A DNA stretch of 64,000 bases, taken from NCBI GenBank assembly GCA_963716395.1, contig OY970309.1, forward strand, positions 1,760,001-1,824,000, in the 5' to 3' direction. The notes under the pieces are model-generated. The model searched no databases and was not told the origin of the DNA. It worked only from the letters and a program-made list of their open reading frames with translations. Within the stretch, counting starts at the first letter, position 1. Each line of letters begins with the position of its first letter. This document shows, in pieces, positions 1 through 11,956 of this stretch. This DNA comes from an uncultured Fibrobacteria bacterium. Lineage in GTDB: Bacteria; Fibrobacterota; Fibrobacteria; UBA11236. A program made the position numbers and the translations under genes.

Positions 1-1440
1 GCCGGGTTTTTTCGGATTGGGAATCTTTTGCGTGCATTGCGATCCCTGCCACGATTTGCACACCGTGTCGACGAAGAGCGAATCCACAAAACCATAGGGT
101 ACGGTCACCGAATCCGGAACGCTGAAGGTGTAATCGGTGGAACTCGCAGGTTTGGAGTAGTAAATCGTGACCTGGCTGTCGGCATCGGCGCGCTGGCGGT
201 TTTCCACCAGCAGGTATTCGCTTTGGTTCAGGGGGATTTCCAGGGTGCGGATGCGTCCGGGGCCGGCGCGATCCGCGGCTTGGATGGAATAGCTCGTCGG
301 GCCGTTGGGAGTCGCGACCACCGGGTTGTCCCACCCCATGAAAGATCGCGTCCAGGCCGAGGGGAAAACCGGAAGGAAGCCGTTCAAAGTATTGTAGCCC
401 GCGAAGTCCATGACGTCGAAGGCGCCGACCTGGGAAATGCCCTGCACCACATCGTACAAATCGGGCATGCCCATTTGCCGGGCCAATTGGTTGATCAAGA
501 TGCCGTCGATGCCCCAGTTGACGTTGTCCTGGCTGGCGGATTCGGAGCACATCATGAACTGGGAGATGGTGTCGCCCGCCGCCACCACTACGCCCAGCGA
601 ATCCTGGCGCTGTTCCGGGGCAGCTTTCGATCCGGGTTGAAAATCAATTGTGGCCGAATCCAAGGCTTTGAAATCGTCTTTGGTCACGAAGAAGTCGAGG
701 AAATCATTGGGTGTATTGGCGCCCAAAGGTCCCAAGGTGCCGCCGTCGACCAGGCGCGAAGCGCCGGCATGAAAGATCAGGAATACCGGGTGGCGCAGGG
801 GTGACGGATTGTCGCGGGCTTCGGCGGCGGCCACCGCAAAGGGATTGTCGGCCGAATCCAGTTGGGTGAATAATCTGGCGGATTGACTGACGAAACTCAT
901 CAGGGCCTCGGCGCGCTCGGCTTGAAAGTCCCCGGCTTGGAGTTTGGGATTGTCGCCGGCGGCCGGGTTATAGGCCGCCATGTGGTAGAGTAACTCGTTT
1001 TGGGTCGTACTATGAATGACGACACCTTCTCCATCGGGACGCGGAAAATAGCGGGGTTTTATCACTACCCGCCCGCCGGAAACCGTGTTGAAATAGTTGT
1101 TGGCAAACTGAAAATGTTTGTCCAGGTAATAGTAGGAGGTGCGTATCGCCACGCCGTTGGGGTCAAGCGTATAAGAAGTATCCGGATCGGAACCGAAAGT
1201 TCCGAGGCCGGTGGTGGTGGGATTGTCGCCCGCCGTGGTTTCGTTTTCGAATTGCACATAGAGCACAAACACTTCCAGCGTGTCGGGCGCTCCGCTGGCC
1301 GAAGGTTTGAAAAGGGGATGAAACGGCGAGCCGGCCGCAACTGGCCCAACGGCGAGCGCCATAGCCAAGGCCCAGAACCCCGCCGCGGTTTTGGCCGCCA
1401 AACCTTTTTCGGCTAAACCAGATAAGTCGAGCTTTAGCAT
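1..1440 (-). CDS. Secreted M6 (immune inhibitor A)-like metalloprotease-domain protein, 5' part only (runs off the window edge); zinc motif degenerate
   Basis: Not in the ORF track. Spot-translated segments share one frame from ATG at 1440: MLKLDLSG..., signal-like FWALAMALAVGPVAA, then LEVFVLYVQF, YF..VSGG, FLIFHAG and GILINQLARQMGMPDLYD...VGAFDVMD, which follows the M6 motif order. Confidence 0.8.
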   Translation of the reverse strand, partial: MLKLDLSGLAEKGLAAKTAAGFWALAMALAVGPVAAGSPFHPLFKPSASGAPDTLEVFVLYVQFENETTAGDNPTTTGLGTFGSDPDTSYTLDPNGVAIRTSYYYLDKHFQFANNYFNTVSGGRVVIKPRYFPRPDGEGVVIHSTTQNELLYHMAAYNPAAGDNPKLQAGDFQAERAEALMSFVSQSARLFTQLDSADNPFAVAAAEARDNPSPLRHPVFLIFHAGASRLVDGGTLGPLGANTPNDFLDFFVTKDDFKALDSATIDFQPGSKAAPEQRQDSLGVVVAAGDTISQFMMCSESASQDNVNWGIDGILINQLARQMGMPDLYDVVQGISQVGAFDVMDFAGYNTLNGFLPVFPSAWTRSFMGWDNPVVATPNGPTSYSIQAADRAGPGRIRTLEIPLNQSEYLLVENRQRADADSQVTIYYSKPASSTDYTFSVPDSVTVPYGFVDSLFVDTVCKSWQGSQCTQKIPNPKKPG

Positions 1441-1691
1441 GGGAGAACGTGCGCCCCTTCAATGCCGCCCAGAGGCGTCGGATTTTAAAGTTGATAAGGT
1501 ACAAAGGGAGGCGTCAACGGCAGCGTGGTCGCTGGAGAATTCGGGTCGGGTGCGTTTTGGGCGCCGAGAGACGCAGAAGCGACCGCAAATTACCACGCAA
1601 CAATTTCCGCGGCAATCGATCACGGCCGCATGGATGGCCGGTCCCCGAAAGGGATCGCGGTTAAATTAATGGACGAGAGGCGGGGAGTTTT

Positions 1692-2657
1692 ATGCGGGTT
1701 TCCCGTTATTGTTGCCTGGCTGCCCTGGTGGTTTCCGCGCCGGCCCAAAACATTCGCGTGCTTTTTCTGGGCGGCGGTAATACCAGCCATGATCCGCTGG
1801 CGATGAGCGAGGTGATGATTCCCGTGATGGAAAGCCATGGGATGACGGTCGATTATAAAACCAACGAGAGCATTCTCGATGCCGACAGTTTAAAGCGCTA
1901 TGACGTGATGTTCATCTACAATGCCAAAAAAGGCAGCGCCACCGACGGCACACCCGATTTGACCACGGCGCAAGTGGACGCTTTATACGCTTGGGTCGAC
2001 TCGGGGCATGTCGTGATTGGCGTGCATTGCGCCAACAGCAGTTACCTGGGGAATCCCCGCTATTTGCAATTGTTCGGAGGCGCTTTCACCGTCCATGGGG
2101 ATACGGCGGCTTACCATTACATCACCATCGTCGATCCCGCGCATCCGTCCATGCAGGGCGTCAGCGCTCCGCCGGCGGCGAACGACGCGGGTTATTGGGA
2201 TGAAGGGCGTGTAGCGGCCTTTTCGCAAAACGACACCATCATGCTGGCGCGGGCGCGCGCCTACGGGGCGGAGGAGCCTTGGACCTGGGTTCGGCCCGAG
2301 GGCAAGGGTTGGGTGTATTACACCAGCAGTGGCCATGACGCCCGCAGTTGGGATGACGCGAATTTCCAGAATCAGTTGGTGCAGGCGTTGACTTGGGGCG
2401 CGGGAATGGCGGCGACGCCAATCGAGATTCCCACAACGGCGCGGAAGGGAAAGTCTTTATCGGCCTGGATGAGCGCGCAAATCCAAGGGGCAGGCTCCCA
2501 TTCCCTCCGCATTACCAGCCTCTCCGGAGCAACCGTTTTTTCGCAAACCTTTTCGAGCGCCCCAAGCACCCTTTGGCCGGCGTTGCCGGCGGGCGTCTAT
2601 TCTCTGCAAATCGACGGAAAAAACCAGCAGGCTTTCAAGTCGGTGTATGTGAAATAA
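1692..2657 (+). CDS. Secreted ThuA-like domain protein with T9SS-like C-terminal tail
   Basis: Signal peptide; GVHCA, LFGGAFTVH and EPWTWVRPEGKGWVYYTSSGHD are typical of ThuA-like domains; tail RITSLSG...LPAGVYSLQI. Confidence 0.8.
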   Translation: MRVSRYCCLAALVVSAPAQNIRVLFLGGGNTSHDPLAMSEVMIPVMESHGMTVDYKTNESILDADSLKRYDVMFIYNAKKGSATDGTPDLTTAQVDALYAWVDSGHVVIGVHCANSSYLGNPRYLQLFGGAFTVHGDTAAYHYITIVDPAHPSMQGVSAPPAANDAGYWDEGRVAAFSQNDTIMLARARAYGAEEPWTWVRPEGKGWVYYTSSGHDARSWDDANFQNQLVQALTWGAGMAATPIEIPTTARKGKSLSAWMSAQIQGAGSHSLRITSLSGATVFSQTFSSAPSTLWPALPAGVYSLQIDGKNQQAFKSVYVK

Positions 2658-2731
2658 ACCTCGCGGTTCGCCGTCGGCCCTGCGACGGGCTCAGGCCTCG
2701 ACCTCTCGGCGTATAGATTTTTCGGGGGGCG

Positions 2732-4072
2732 TTAATTTTTGTACACCGGAAACACGGGCTCGGCGCTCTCGATGCGGAGGTTGATCGACGGGTGCAATTT
2801 TTTTCCCACAGCATCAAACCACAGTGTCTTGGGGCTTTGCAAAAATTTTTGATCTGAGGATGAGAGACCCGGCGGCGCCTTCGGAAGGATAGATGTGGCC
2901 GGGAGCACGGTCGCCGTGAGCGTGCCGTACCCGAGTTGATCATATCCGCCGCTGTTCGGGCCGTAATCCCCGCCGCCGCCTTCGGGCCGGACTTGGGCGG
3001 CAAAGAGTTGCGTATAGGGCGCGGACAAACCTTTGATGTTCACATAATGGTTGTACAACAATTCCCATTCCGGCCGTATCGTGCCCCGACCGTCCGGGCT
3101 GATTACGGTTTGGACCACGCCGGTGCAATTGGAGTAGGTCACATAGGGCACGGAATCACCGAGGTTGTACTTCGCCACGTATTCGATCCCCTTCAGAAAA
3201 CGGTTGTCCTCATAGCCGTATAAATCATCGCCTTGATTCCAGGCCATTTCGCAAAACGCGCCCATCAACGCCGGACCCAAGGTCGCATGCCCCTGGTCGC
3301 GCCCGCTTTCCTGCCACTGCCCCAGGCCATCGGGATGGAGGTACCACACCGCGCTGTCGATGTTGCCGTTGCCGGCGCCATGCATGAAATAATCCACCGC
3401 TTCATTGTAGATCGCGCGGTTATCGCACAGAATGCCGATGCTGATCATCGAGGCCATGTTGCACAGATCCCAATTCGCGTACATGTGGCTCATGCACGGC
3501 TCGCTCCGCGTCAGAAAAGCGTGGTTCATCGGGTAAAAGATGGTCAGCATCATGTTTTGAAAGCGGGCGAAGTCCGCGGCGGCCCAACCCGAATAGCCGC
3601 GCATGAGTTCGGCCGCATTGGCGATTTCATAGCCGTAAATACCCGCTGCGAGATATTCGTCATTGGTGCCGCTGATCACCTTCAGGCGGGAAGACCAGGC
3701 ATTCAGCACATTCACGGAGGCGTTGGCATACGTCGTGTCGCTGGAAATGTGCCAGCGCAACGCCAGGGCGTATGCGGCCGCGACATCATTGTAAAGCTGC
3801 GCATAGTTTTGGGTATAGGTCGCCGGGCTGTCTGCGCCGCGATAAACCGTATCGACCGGCCTTGGGACATAATCGGCGGAGGAATGCGAATTGGCGAGCA
3901 GCTTTTGCCAACCCGCCAGCCAGGGTTGCGCTCCGGCATTCACCTCGGCTTGCATGCGGTCGAGGTCGGATTGCTTGTGCAGCATGCCCGGATGCGCGAA
4001 TTCTTGCGCGCCCGCGATACCGCAGGCCATAGCGATGGCTGATTGAAAATGAATGATCCGGCCGCTCGTCAT
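2732..4072 (-). CDS. Secreted alginate lyase-family (alpha/alpha toroid) protein
   Basis: FAHPGMLH, ANAAELMR, YANWDLC, GQWQESGRDQGH and DLYGYEDNRFLKGIEYVAKYN motifs. Start placed at ATG 4072; the longer ORF-track extension overlaps gyrB. Confidence 0.8.
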   Translation of the reverse strand: MTSGRIIHFQSAIAMACGIAGAQEFAHPGMLHKQSDLDRMQAEVNAGAQPWLAGWQKLLANSHSSADYVPRPVDTVYRGADSPATYTQNYAQLYNDVAAAYALALRWHISSDTTYANASVNVLNAWSSRLKVISGTNDEYLAAGIYGYEIANAAELMRGYSGWAAADFARFQNMMLTIFYPMNHAFLTRSEPCMSHMYANWDLCNMASMISIGILCDNRAIYNEAVDYFMHGAGNGNIDSAVWYLHPDGLGQWQESGRDQGHATLGPALMGAFCEMAWNQGDDLYGYEDNRFLKGIEYVAKYNLGDSVPYVTYSNCTGVVQTVISPDGRGTIRPEWELLYNHYVNIKGLSAPYTQLFAAQVRPEGGGGDYGPNSGGYDQLGYGTLTATVLPATSILPKAPPGLSSSDQKFLQSPKTLWFDAVGKKLHPSINLRIESAEPVFPVYKN

Positions 4073-4179
4073 TCCGACCCCGCGTTTTGGCTGGGGTGCC
4101 TCCCCGGGTATAAAATACCGAGTTTCAGGTGCGAGCGGGCCCGGCGCGCCGACGGAATCGACGCGGAAGGCGGAACCGG

Positions 4180-6102
<1,923 letters not shown>

Positions 6103-6128
6103 TTACTCCTTGTGATCGATTTATTGTT

Positions 6129-6422
6129 TTATCGTAGTTGTACGTCGCGGACCACGGGTCCGCCCAAAATCTGGTTGGCCCGGCCGCGAATGGCTTCGCG
6201 CTGGAAATGCAACTCCTGGCGCCAGGTTCCGTCGGCCACTTTCACCGTGAGCACGAAATTCCGCAGTGAATCCAATTCGGCGATGGGTGCGGCGCGTTCG
6301 CCCATCACTTCGACCCAGCGCCCGCGCAAGCGGCTTTCGGGCAGTAAATAGCCGAGACCTTGGGCCGAAAGCGCCTCTTGCAAGGCGCCGCCGATGGAGA
6401 CCGGAGCGTGGTTGCCGGCCAT
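6129..6422 (-). CDS. dciA: DUF721 / DciA family protein
   Basis: 97 aa lying between recF and gyrB (canonical position); W.EVMG...LTVKVADGTWRQELHF pattern. Confidence 0.8.
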   Translation of the reverse strand: MAGNHAPVSIGGALQEALSAQGLGYLLPESRLRGRWVEVMGERAAPIAELDSLRNFVLTVKVADGTWRQELHFQREAIRGRANQILGGPVVRDVQLR

Positions 6423-6425
6423 GCG

Positions 6426-7514
6426 TCAAGCCACCCTTCCGTGACGCAAAGTCGTTTCCTGATCCACGGAGAAGGGCAAATCTTCGCGGCGCGGCGTGGC
6501 GATGAAAACCTGCCCGCGGCCTGCGATCAGACTTCCGAAGCGTTCCCGCCGGAGCGGGTCGAGTTCTGCGAATACGTCGTCCAAAATGAGAATCGGGGGG
6601 AGACCGCAGGCTTCCTCAAGCATTCGGGCCGCGGCGAGCTTCAGGGCAAGCGCCACCGACCTTTTCTGCCCTTGGGATGCGAAGTCCCGCACCGCTTTTC
6701 CGGCCAGGAAAACTAGCAAATCATCGCGATGCGGGCCCACGGAAGTGAGGCCGTTTTCGCGGTCTTGGGCGCGCTTTTCCCGCAGCTTTTGCAAGAGGTT
6801 TTGGCGCAGGGTTTCGACGTCGGCAACGTCGCCGGCGGCGCGCGTAATTTCCAGCCGCAGGTCTTCGGTTTCGCTCCCGATTTCGCGGCAGAATTCCCGG
6901 GCCCAAGGCTGCAAGCGGCGCACCAATTCCAACCGGAGCATTCCGATGCGCGCGCCGGCTTCGGCCAAGGTGGCATCGAAGGCCGCGAACACGTCGTCTT
7001 CTTCGGAGCCCAGCCGCAGGCGCAACGCCGCATTGCGCTGGCGCAACGCCTGGCGGTAGCGTCGCAACACCTCCAGCACCCCGGGGTCATGCTGGCACAG
7101 CAACACATCCAGGTAACGCCGGCGTTCCTGGGGGCCCCCGCGCAGCAAATCCAGATCTTCGGGCCCGAAGGCCACGACCAGAAAATGTCCCAGCAAATCG
7201 CCCAGCCGGCGGCTCTCGTGATGCCCGATCCTGACCCGGCATCCGGTTTCTCCGTATTCCACCGATTGCGCATGCGGGGTTTCGCCCAACCAACCTTCGC
7301 CGCGAATCACGAAACTTGGATCGCCGAAGGCGATGAGGTCCTTGTCCTTGCGGGCGCGGGGCGAATGCCCCAGGCACAAGAAGTGCAAGCTCTCCAGCAA
7401 ATTGGATTTGCCGTGGCCGTTGGCGCCGGAGACGAGGTTGAGATGCGGCGCGGGCCGCAAATCCAAGCCGTGCAGATTGCGGAAGTGGTGGAGGGTCAGC
7501 CTTTCGATGCGCAC
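6426..7514 (-). CDS. recF: DNA replication and repair protein RecF
   Basis: FRN, Walker A GANGHGKSNLLES, GPQERRRYLD, VGPHRDDL, ASQGQKRS, LILDDVFAELD. Confidence 0.96.
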   Translation of the reverse strand: MRIERLTLHHFRNLHGLDLRPAPHLNLVSGANGHGKSNLLESLHFLCLGHSPRARKDKDLIAFGDPSFVIRGEGWLGETPHAQSVEYGETGCRVRIGHHESRRLGDLLGHFLVVAFGPEDLDLLRGGPQERRRYLDVLLCQHDPGVLEVLRRYRQALRQRNAALRLRLGSEEDDVFAAFDATLAEAGARIGMLRLELVRRLQPWAREFCREIGSETEDLRLEITRAAGDVADVETLRQNLLQKLREKRAQDRENGLTSVGPHRDDLLVFLAGKAVRDFASQGQKRSVALALKLAAARMLEEACGLPPILILDDVFAELDPLRRERFGSLIAGRGQVFIATPRREDLPFSVDQETTLRHGRVA

Positions 7515-7596
7515 GGCCAGGAAGTCTAGTTTCGCCGCGAAGACCGTAACGCGCTTCGCGGCGCCAAGCCGCGAAGAGATTGTTCGGGTTTGGGGT

Positions 7597-8238
7597 TCAG
7601 CCTTTTTTGCGCACCAATTGCATGCCGTCGCGTACCGTGAGCAAAACGTTTTCGACCCGGGTGTCGGCGGCGATGCGCCGGTTCAATTGATCGATGGCCC
7701 GCGTCGGCTCGTCTTCGGGTTTGAGCACCTGTCCGTCCCACAAGGTGTTATCGACGAGGATGAGCCCGCCGGGCCGCAACAGCTCCATCACCCGCTCGTA
7801 ATAGGCGGGATAGTTTTCCTTGTCGGCGTCGATGAAGGCCAAATCAAACGGGCCTGCCAGCGTTTTCAACGTTTCCAGCGCCGGCCCCAGACGGATGGTG
7901 ATTTTCGAACCGTGCGGGCTCAGCGCGAAAAAGCGCTGCGCGAAGTCGCGGCGCCCTACGTCGATTTCGCAGGTGATGAGTTCACCGTCGGGCGGCAACG
8001 CTTCGGCCATGGACAGCGCCGAGTACCCCGTGAACATGCCGATTTCGAGCACGCGCCGGGCGCCGCTGATCTGCGTGACGAGCTTGAGAAACCGCCCCGC
8101 CAGCCGGCCGGTCAGCATGCCCGCCCCTTCCATTTTGGACTGAGTTTCGCGCTCTACTTGCTGCAGTAAATCGGGTTCGGGTTGGGTGTGGTCCCAGGCG
8201 TATTGCTCCAGGTCATGCGGAATGATTTCGAGCATCAT
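7597..8238 (-). CDS. Class I SAM-dependent O-methyltransferase (Methyltransf_3 / CCoAOMT-like)
   Basis: VLEIGMFTGYSAL, FDLAFIDADKENY, LILVDNTLW, VRDG; start placed at ATG 8238. Confidence 0.92.
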   Translation of the reverse strand: MMLEIIPHDLEQYAWDHTQPEPDLLQQVERETQSKMEGAGMLTGRLAGRFLKLVTQISGARRVLEIGMFTGYSALSMAEALPPDGELITCEIDVGRRDFAQRFFALSPHGSKITIRLGPALETLKTLAGPFDLAFIDADKENYPAYYERVMELLRPGGLILVDNTLWDGQVLKPEDEPTRAIDQLNRRIAADTRVENVLLTVRDGMQLVRKKG

Positions 8239-8333
8239 GCGGGCCTCCCATACGGTTATTTGCAAGATGGCTTTCTTCGCGGACACCCACAAGCCCCTGA
8301 CCCGGATCCGATGGCGTTGTGCGTTCCTAATTT

Positions 8334-10058
8334 ATGCCCCGCATGCGTGGAGTCGGAATTGTAACCGTCGTGTGGTCAGTCGGGTGCGGAGCCGCGTTTT
8401 GCCTGCCTCCGGATACGGCGGCATCCTGGCTGGATAGCGCGGCGGGAAGCCCGGCCCTGTCCCAGCGTCTGCAACATCCGTGGAACGGCTTTCTTCTCGA
8501 CGGCGAAAACGTTCGGGAGGTGGGCGGGCTTTTTTATGCCGAGCAGCGCTTCTCGTCGCAGGAGCGGTATGCCCTGATGCCGCAGCTCGACGTGCTGCCG
8601 GTTTTTGCCGCCGATAGCGATACCGCGCGGGCCGCGGTTGGCTGGAACGGAGGCGGCCAGGCCGGATCCGCGGGACTGCCTTTCTCGAACGGTTTTCTTC
8701 GGGCCCGGGTTTTTTCCAACGCCCAGGTGGCCGGCGAAGGCGTGCAAGACGCCTTTTATTCCGCCGCCACCTTGCCCCGGCGTGCGGCGGCGCTGGGAGA
8801 TCAGCCGGCTTCCGCGGCCGCGTATTTCGGCGACGATGTGCCGCCCCTCAGTCTGTTGCGCGGGGGGGTGGAAATGGAACAGCGTGGCGGAGTGCTCGCC
8901 ATCGGGTATTCCCGCGGCACCCTCTGGGCCCCTTCGCCGCTGACCGGTGTGGATTATCCCTTGCGGACGCAAGGCACGGAAATTCTGGTCGGCATGGCCG
9001 AAGATTTGAGCATGCACTTCCGCTACGATCAGTATTCGGGTTTGTCGGATCAATCCGGCGCGCCTTCGGCCACGTTGTCGGAAATCGGGCTCCAGCTCTC
9101 CGGCGACGAGTCGCCTACGTGGGGGTGGAGTCTGCGCTGGGCCTATCGCAAGCGCGTGGTCGCTAAGGGATCGGATTGGACGCCGCTCGACCGCAGCTCG
9201 TATCCCTGGCAATTCCGTGCGGGAAAAATCTGGAAAAGCGAGGACAGCATCTGGACCATCCGTGTGCGCGGCTCCCTGGAAGACGACGAAAGCGTGCTGC
9301 TTTCCACCGGCGAAGCCGACGCCGAAGAACCGGTAAACCGGAACATATTCACCCAGGGCCTGCGCATCTACCACCGCCATCCCTTCGACTCCTCGGCTTA
9401 TCTCGGGGAGCGCGTTCTCGGCGACACCGCATTAGCCGCGGCGTATGATCTTCCCGCCAACGGACGCGGGGCCGGGGCCTGGGCGGGTTATGCCTGGCGC
9501 GATTCCTCCTGGGAGAGCGGGGTGCGCGCCACCGGATCGCTGGAGTGGGAAACACCGGTGTTTACCGGAGCGACCTGGCCGCCCACGGGCTCGGTGCCGG
9601 ACGATGCCTTGAGCCGTTACGGAGTGTATGCGGGCAGCGACTACCTGCTGGCGCGCACGCAAGCCGCGGCCTATGCCGAAGCCCGGGTGGGTGGGGCTAC
9701 ACGCCTGCGCCTCGCCCTGGGGTGGCAGGACTTTCTCGGCCATGACGCCGGTGCGCTGGAGTTTTCCCCGGCCCCGTATTTCGGGTCGCTGGAAGGCGGT
9801 TTCACCTTGCCGGCCCATCTGCGGGCGGATGCGATCTTGCAAGGCCTGGGTCCCAAGTATTACCGCGGTTACGGTCTCGACTGGCGCGTCGCACCCCATT
9901 TCGAAAATCAATTGGGTTTGCGGCAAAGCTATGCAGGGGGGCGCTGGGAGGCGCGGGTGGCTTTATTTCATGCCTTCGGAGAGGCCGTACAGGAATATCC
10001 CTTGGGCAATCCCATTCGCTTTCGCATTACCGCCGGAATTCGCGGCCGGCTGCCCTGA
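8334..10058 (+). CDS. Hypothetical exported protein, probable outer-membrane beta-barrel
   Basis: 574-aa ORF with signal-like N-terminus and aromatic/Gly-rich alternating strands; C-terminus QEYPLGNPIRFRITAGIRGRL resembles a terminal barrel strand. Confidence 0.55.
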   Translation: MPRMRGVGIVTVVWSVGCGAAFCLPPDTAASWLDSAAGSPALSQRLQHPWNGFLLDGENVREVGGLFYAEQRFSSQERYALMPQLDVLPVFAADSDTARAAVGWNGGGQAGSAGLPFSNGFLRARVFSNAQVAGEGVQDAFYSAATLPRRAAALGDQPASAAAYFGDDVPPLSLLRGGVEMEQRGGVLAIGYSRGTLWAPSPLTGVDYPLRTQGTEILVGMAEDLSMHFRYDQYSGLSDQSGAPSATLSEIGLQLSGDESPTWGWSLRWAYRKRVVAKGSDWTPLDRSSYPWQFRAGKIWKSEDSIWTIRVRGSLEDDESVLLSTGEADAEEPVNRNIFTQGLRIYHRHPFDSSAYLGERVLGDTALAAAYDLPANGRGAGAWAGYAWRDSSWESGVRATGSLEWETPVFTGATWPPTGSVPDDALSRYGVYAGSDYLLARTQAAAYAEARVGGATRLRLALGWQDFLGHDAGALEFSPAPYFGSLEGGFTLPAHLRADAILQGLGPKYYRGYGLDWRVAPHFENQLGLRQSYAGGRWEARVALFHAFGEAVQEYPLGNPIRFRITAGIRGRLP

Positions 10059-10168
10059 AGTCCACCCGGGTTGCCAAACATCGGCGCCCGGGCTTGAAGC
10101 GGAAAGCAACGACAGCGGTTCGGCGTCCGGCTTGCTGAAATTTCCGGCCCGGCGCTAGAATCACCGGG

Positions 10169-11956
10169 ATGGAGAGCGACGCCTGGTCGCCGGATTCCCC
10201 TCCACAGGATGGGAATGCCGGTCTGCATCTCGATTTCAAACGCTTCAACGCGGTGATTTTGCTGTTGGCCGCGTATGTGCTGGCCATCATTCCCTTGTAT
10301 CCCGCCATCGGGGACATGGTGTTTTTCCTGTCTCTGCTTCCCCTGGTGATCACGGCCAGTCTGATCGGCACCTGGCCGGGCCTCTTGGTGGCGGTGCTGC
10401 TCAGCGGCCTCAATCTGTACCTGGCCTATGCGCTCGACGGATCCTGGGCCGGACTGTGGGTCAGGGGATCGCTGTTCACCGGTCTGCACCTGCTCATCGG
10501 CGCGGGCGTGGGACGCTGGCGTGATCTGAACGCGCAGTTGCGGCGCGAATTGAAGGAACGCCAATCCATCGAAGCGCGCCTAGAGCACATGGCCTATTAC
10601 GATCCGCTCACGGGACTTCCCAACCGCACGCTGTTCCGCGAGCGCATGGAGTTGGAAATCTCCCATGCCCAACGCGATCGCATCGGCATCTGCGTGCTGT
10701 TCCTCAATCTCGATCGGTTCAAAGATGTGAACGACACCTTGGGACATGAAGCGGGTGACGGTCTGTTGGCCGAAACCGGGCGCCGCATCCAGCGCGCCCT
10801 GCGCGCTTCGGACAGCGTGGGACGTTTCGGTGGCGACACCTTCGCCATCTTGATGCCGCGGGTGCGCGATCCGAAAGAAGCCGTGCCCGTGGCCGACAAG
10901 GTGTTGGCTTCGCTGCGCCGGCCCTTTTTGATTGCGGGACAGGAAATCCATCTGTCGGCGCGCATCGGGGTGGCGATGTACCCGCGCGACGGCGAAGATG
11001 CCGACACCTTGTTCCGCAATTCCGACGCGGCCCTGCATCAGGCCAAGGCCTTGGCCACGCGCGCCTTTCATGCCTACAACCCGGCCATCAATCAAATCGC
11101 CAAAGAGCGTCTGGCCCTGGAAAGCGGGATTCGCAAAGCCCTGGAGCGCGGCGAACTGGAATTGTTCTATCAACCCATCGTCGAAACCGCCACGGGCGCG
11201 ATCGCGGCGCTCGAAGCCTTGCTGCGCTGGCGGCGCGGCGAAAAGGATTGCGTATTGCCCGAGGTGTTCATCCCCATCGCCGAAGATACGGGCATGATTC
11301 ATTCCATCGGCGACTGGGTCCTGGGCGAAGCCTGCCGGCAACTGCACGTGTGGCAGGGAATGGGATTCCATGATCTGCGCATGGCCGTCAACCTCTCTCC
11401 CCGGCAGCTTAAACGCGAATCGCTGTGGATCGACTTCGAGGCCATCGCGACCCAAGCCGGCGTGCGCCCGGGCGATGTCGACCTGGAAATCACCGAGAGC
11501 AGCTTGCTGGGGCAGGAATCGCAGGTGATGGAAAACCTGGAGCGCCTGCGCGCGGCGGGATTCCAGTTGTCCCTCGACGACTTCGGCACCGGCTATTCCT
11601 GCCTCGCCTATCTCAAGCGGTTGCCGTTCTCCTGCCTCAAGGTGGATCGCTCCTTCATCCGGCAAAGCCACACCGATCCCGATTACGCTTCGATCACCTA
11701 TGCCATTGTGGCCGTGGCCAAGGCCTTGAAGCTCAAGGTCATCGCCGAAGGCGTGGAAACGCAGGAACAGTGCGCCTTTCTCTGGCAACTGCAATGCGAT
11801 CAGGTGCAGGGGTATTTATTCGGGAGGCCGGTGGCGGCCCAGGAAATCACGACGGGGTTGTTCGACATTTCCGATCGCCGCCGGCGCTTTCAGGACGCGC
11901 AAGCGACGCTGCCTGCGGTAGCCTTGGCGGGAAGTCTCGCAGGCTCTACGCCTTGA
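10169..11956 (+). CDS. Membrane-anchored GGDEF-EAL protein (degenerate GGDTF, intact EAL); probable c-di-GMP phosphodiesterase
   Basis: N-terminal TM helices; YDPLTGLPNR, RFGGDTF, LEALLRW, LEITES, DDFGTGYS, KVDRSF, AEGVET, QGY. Confidence 0.92.
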   Translation: MESDAWSPDSPPQDGNAGLHLDFKRFNAVILLLAAYVLAIIPLYPAIGDMVFFLSLLPLVITASLIGTWPGLLVAVLLSGLNLYLAYALDGSWAGLWVRGSLFTGLHLLIGAGVGRWRDLNAQLRRELKERQSIEARLEHMAYYDPLTGLPNRTLFRERMELEISHAQRDRIGICVLFLNLDRFKDVNDTLGHEAGDGLLAETGRRIQRALRASDSVGRFGGDTFAILMPRVRDPKEAVPVADKVLASLRRPFLIAGQEIHLSARIGVAMYPRDGEDADTLFRNSDAALHQAKALATRAFHAYNPAINQIAKERLALESGIRKALERGELELFYQPIVETATGAIAALEALLRWRRGEKDCVLPEVFIPIAEDTGMIHSIGDWVLGEACRQLHVWQGMGFHDLRMAVNLSPRQLKRESLWIDFEAIATQAGVRPGDVDLEITESSLLGQESQVMENLERLRAAGFQLSLDDFGTGYSCLAYLKRLPFSCLKVDRSFIRQSHTDPDYASITYAIVAVAKALKLKVIAEGVETQEQCAFLWQLQCDQVQGYLFGRPVAAQEITTGLFDISDRRRRFQDAQATLPAVALAGSLAGSTP

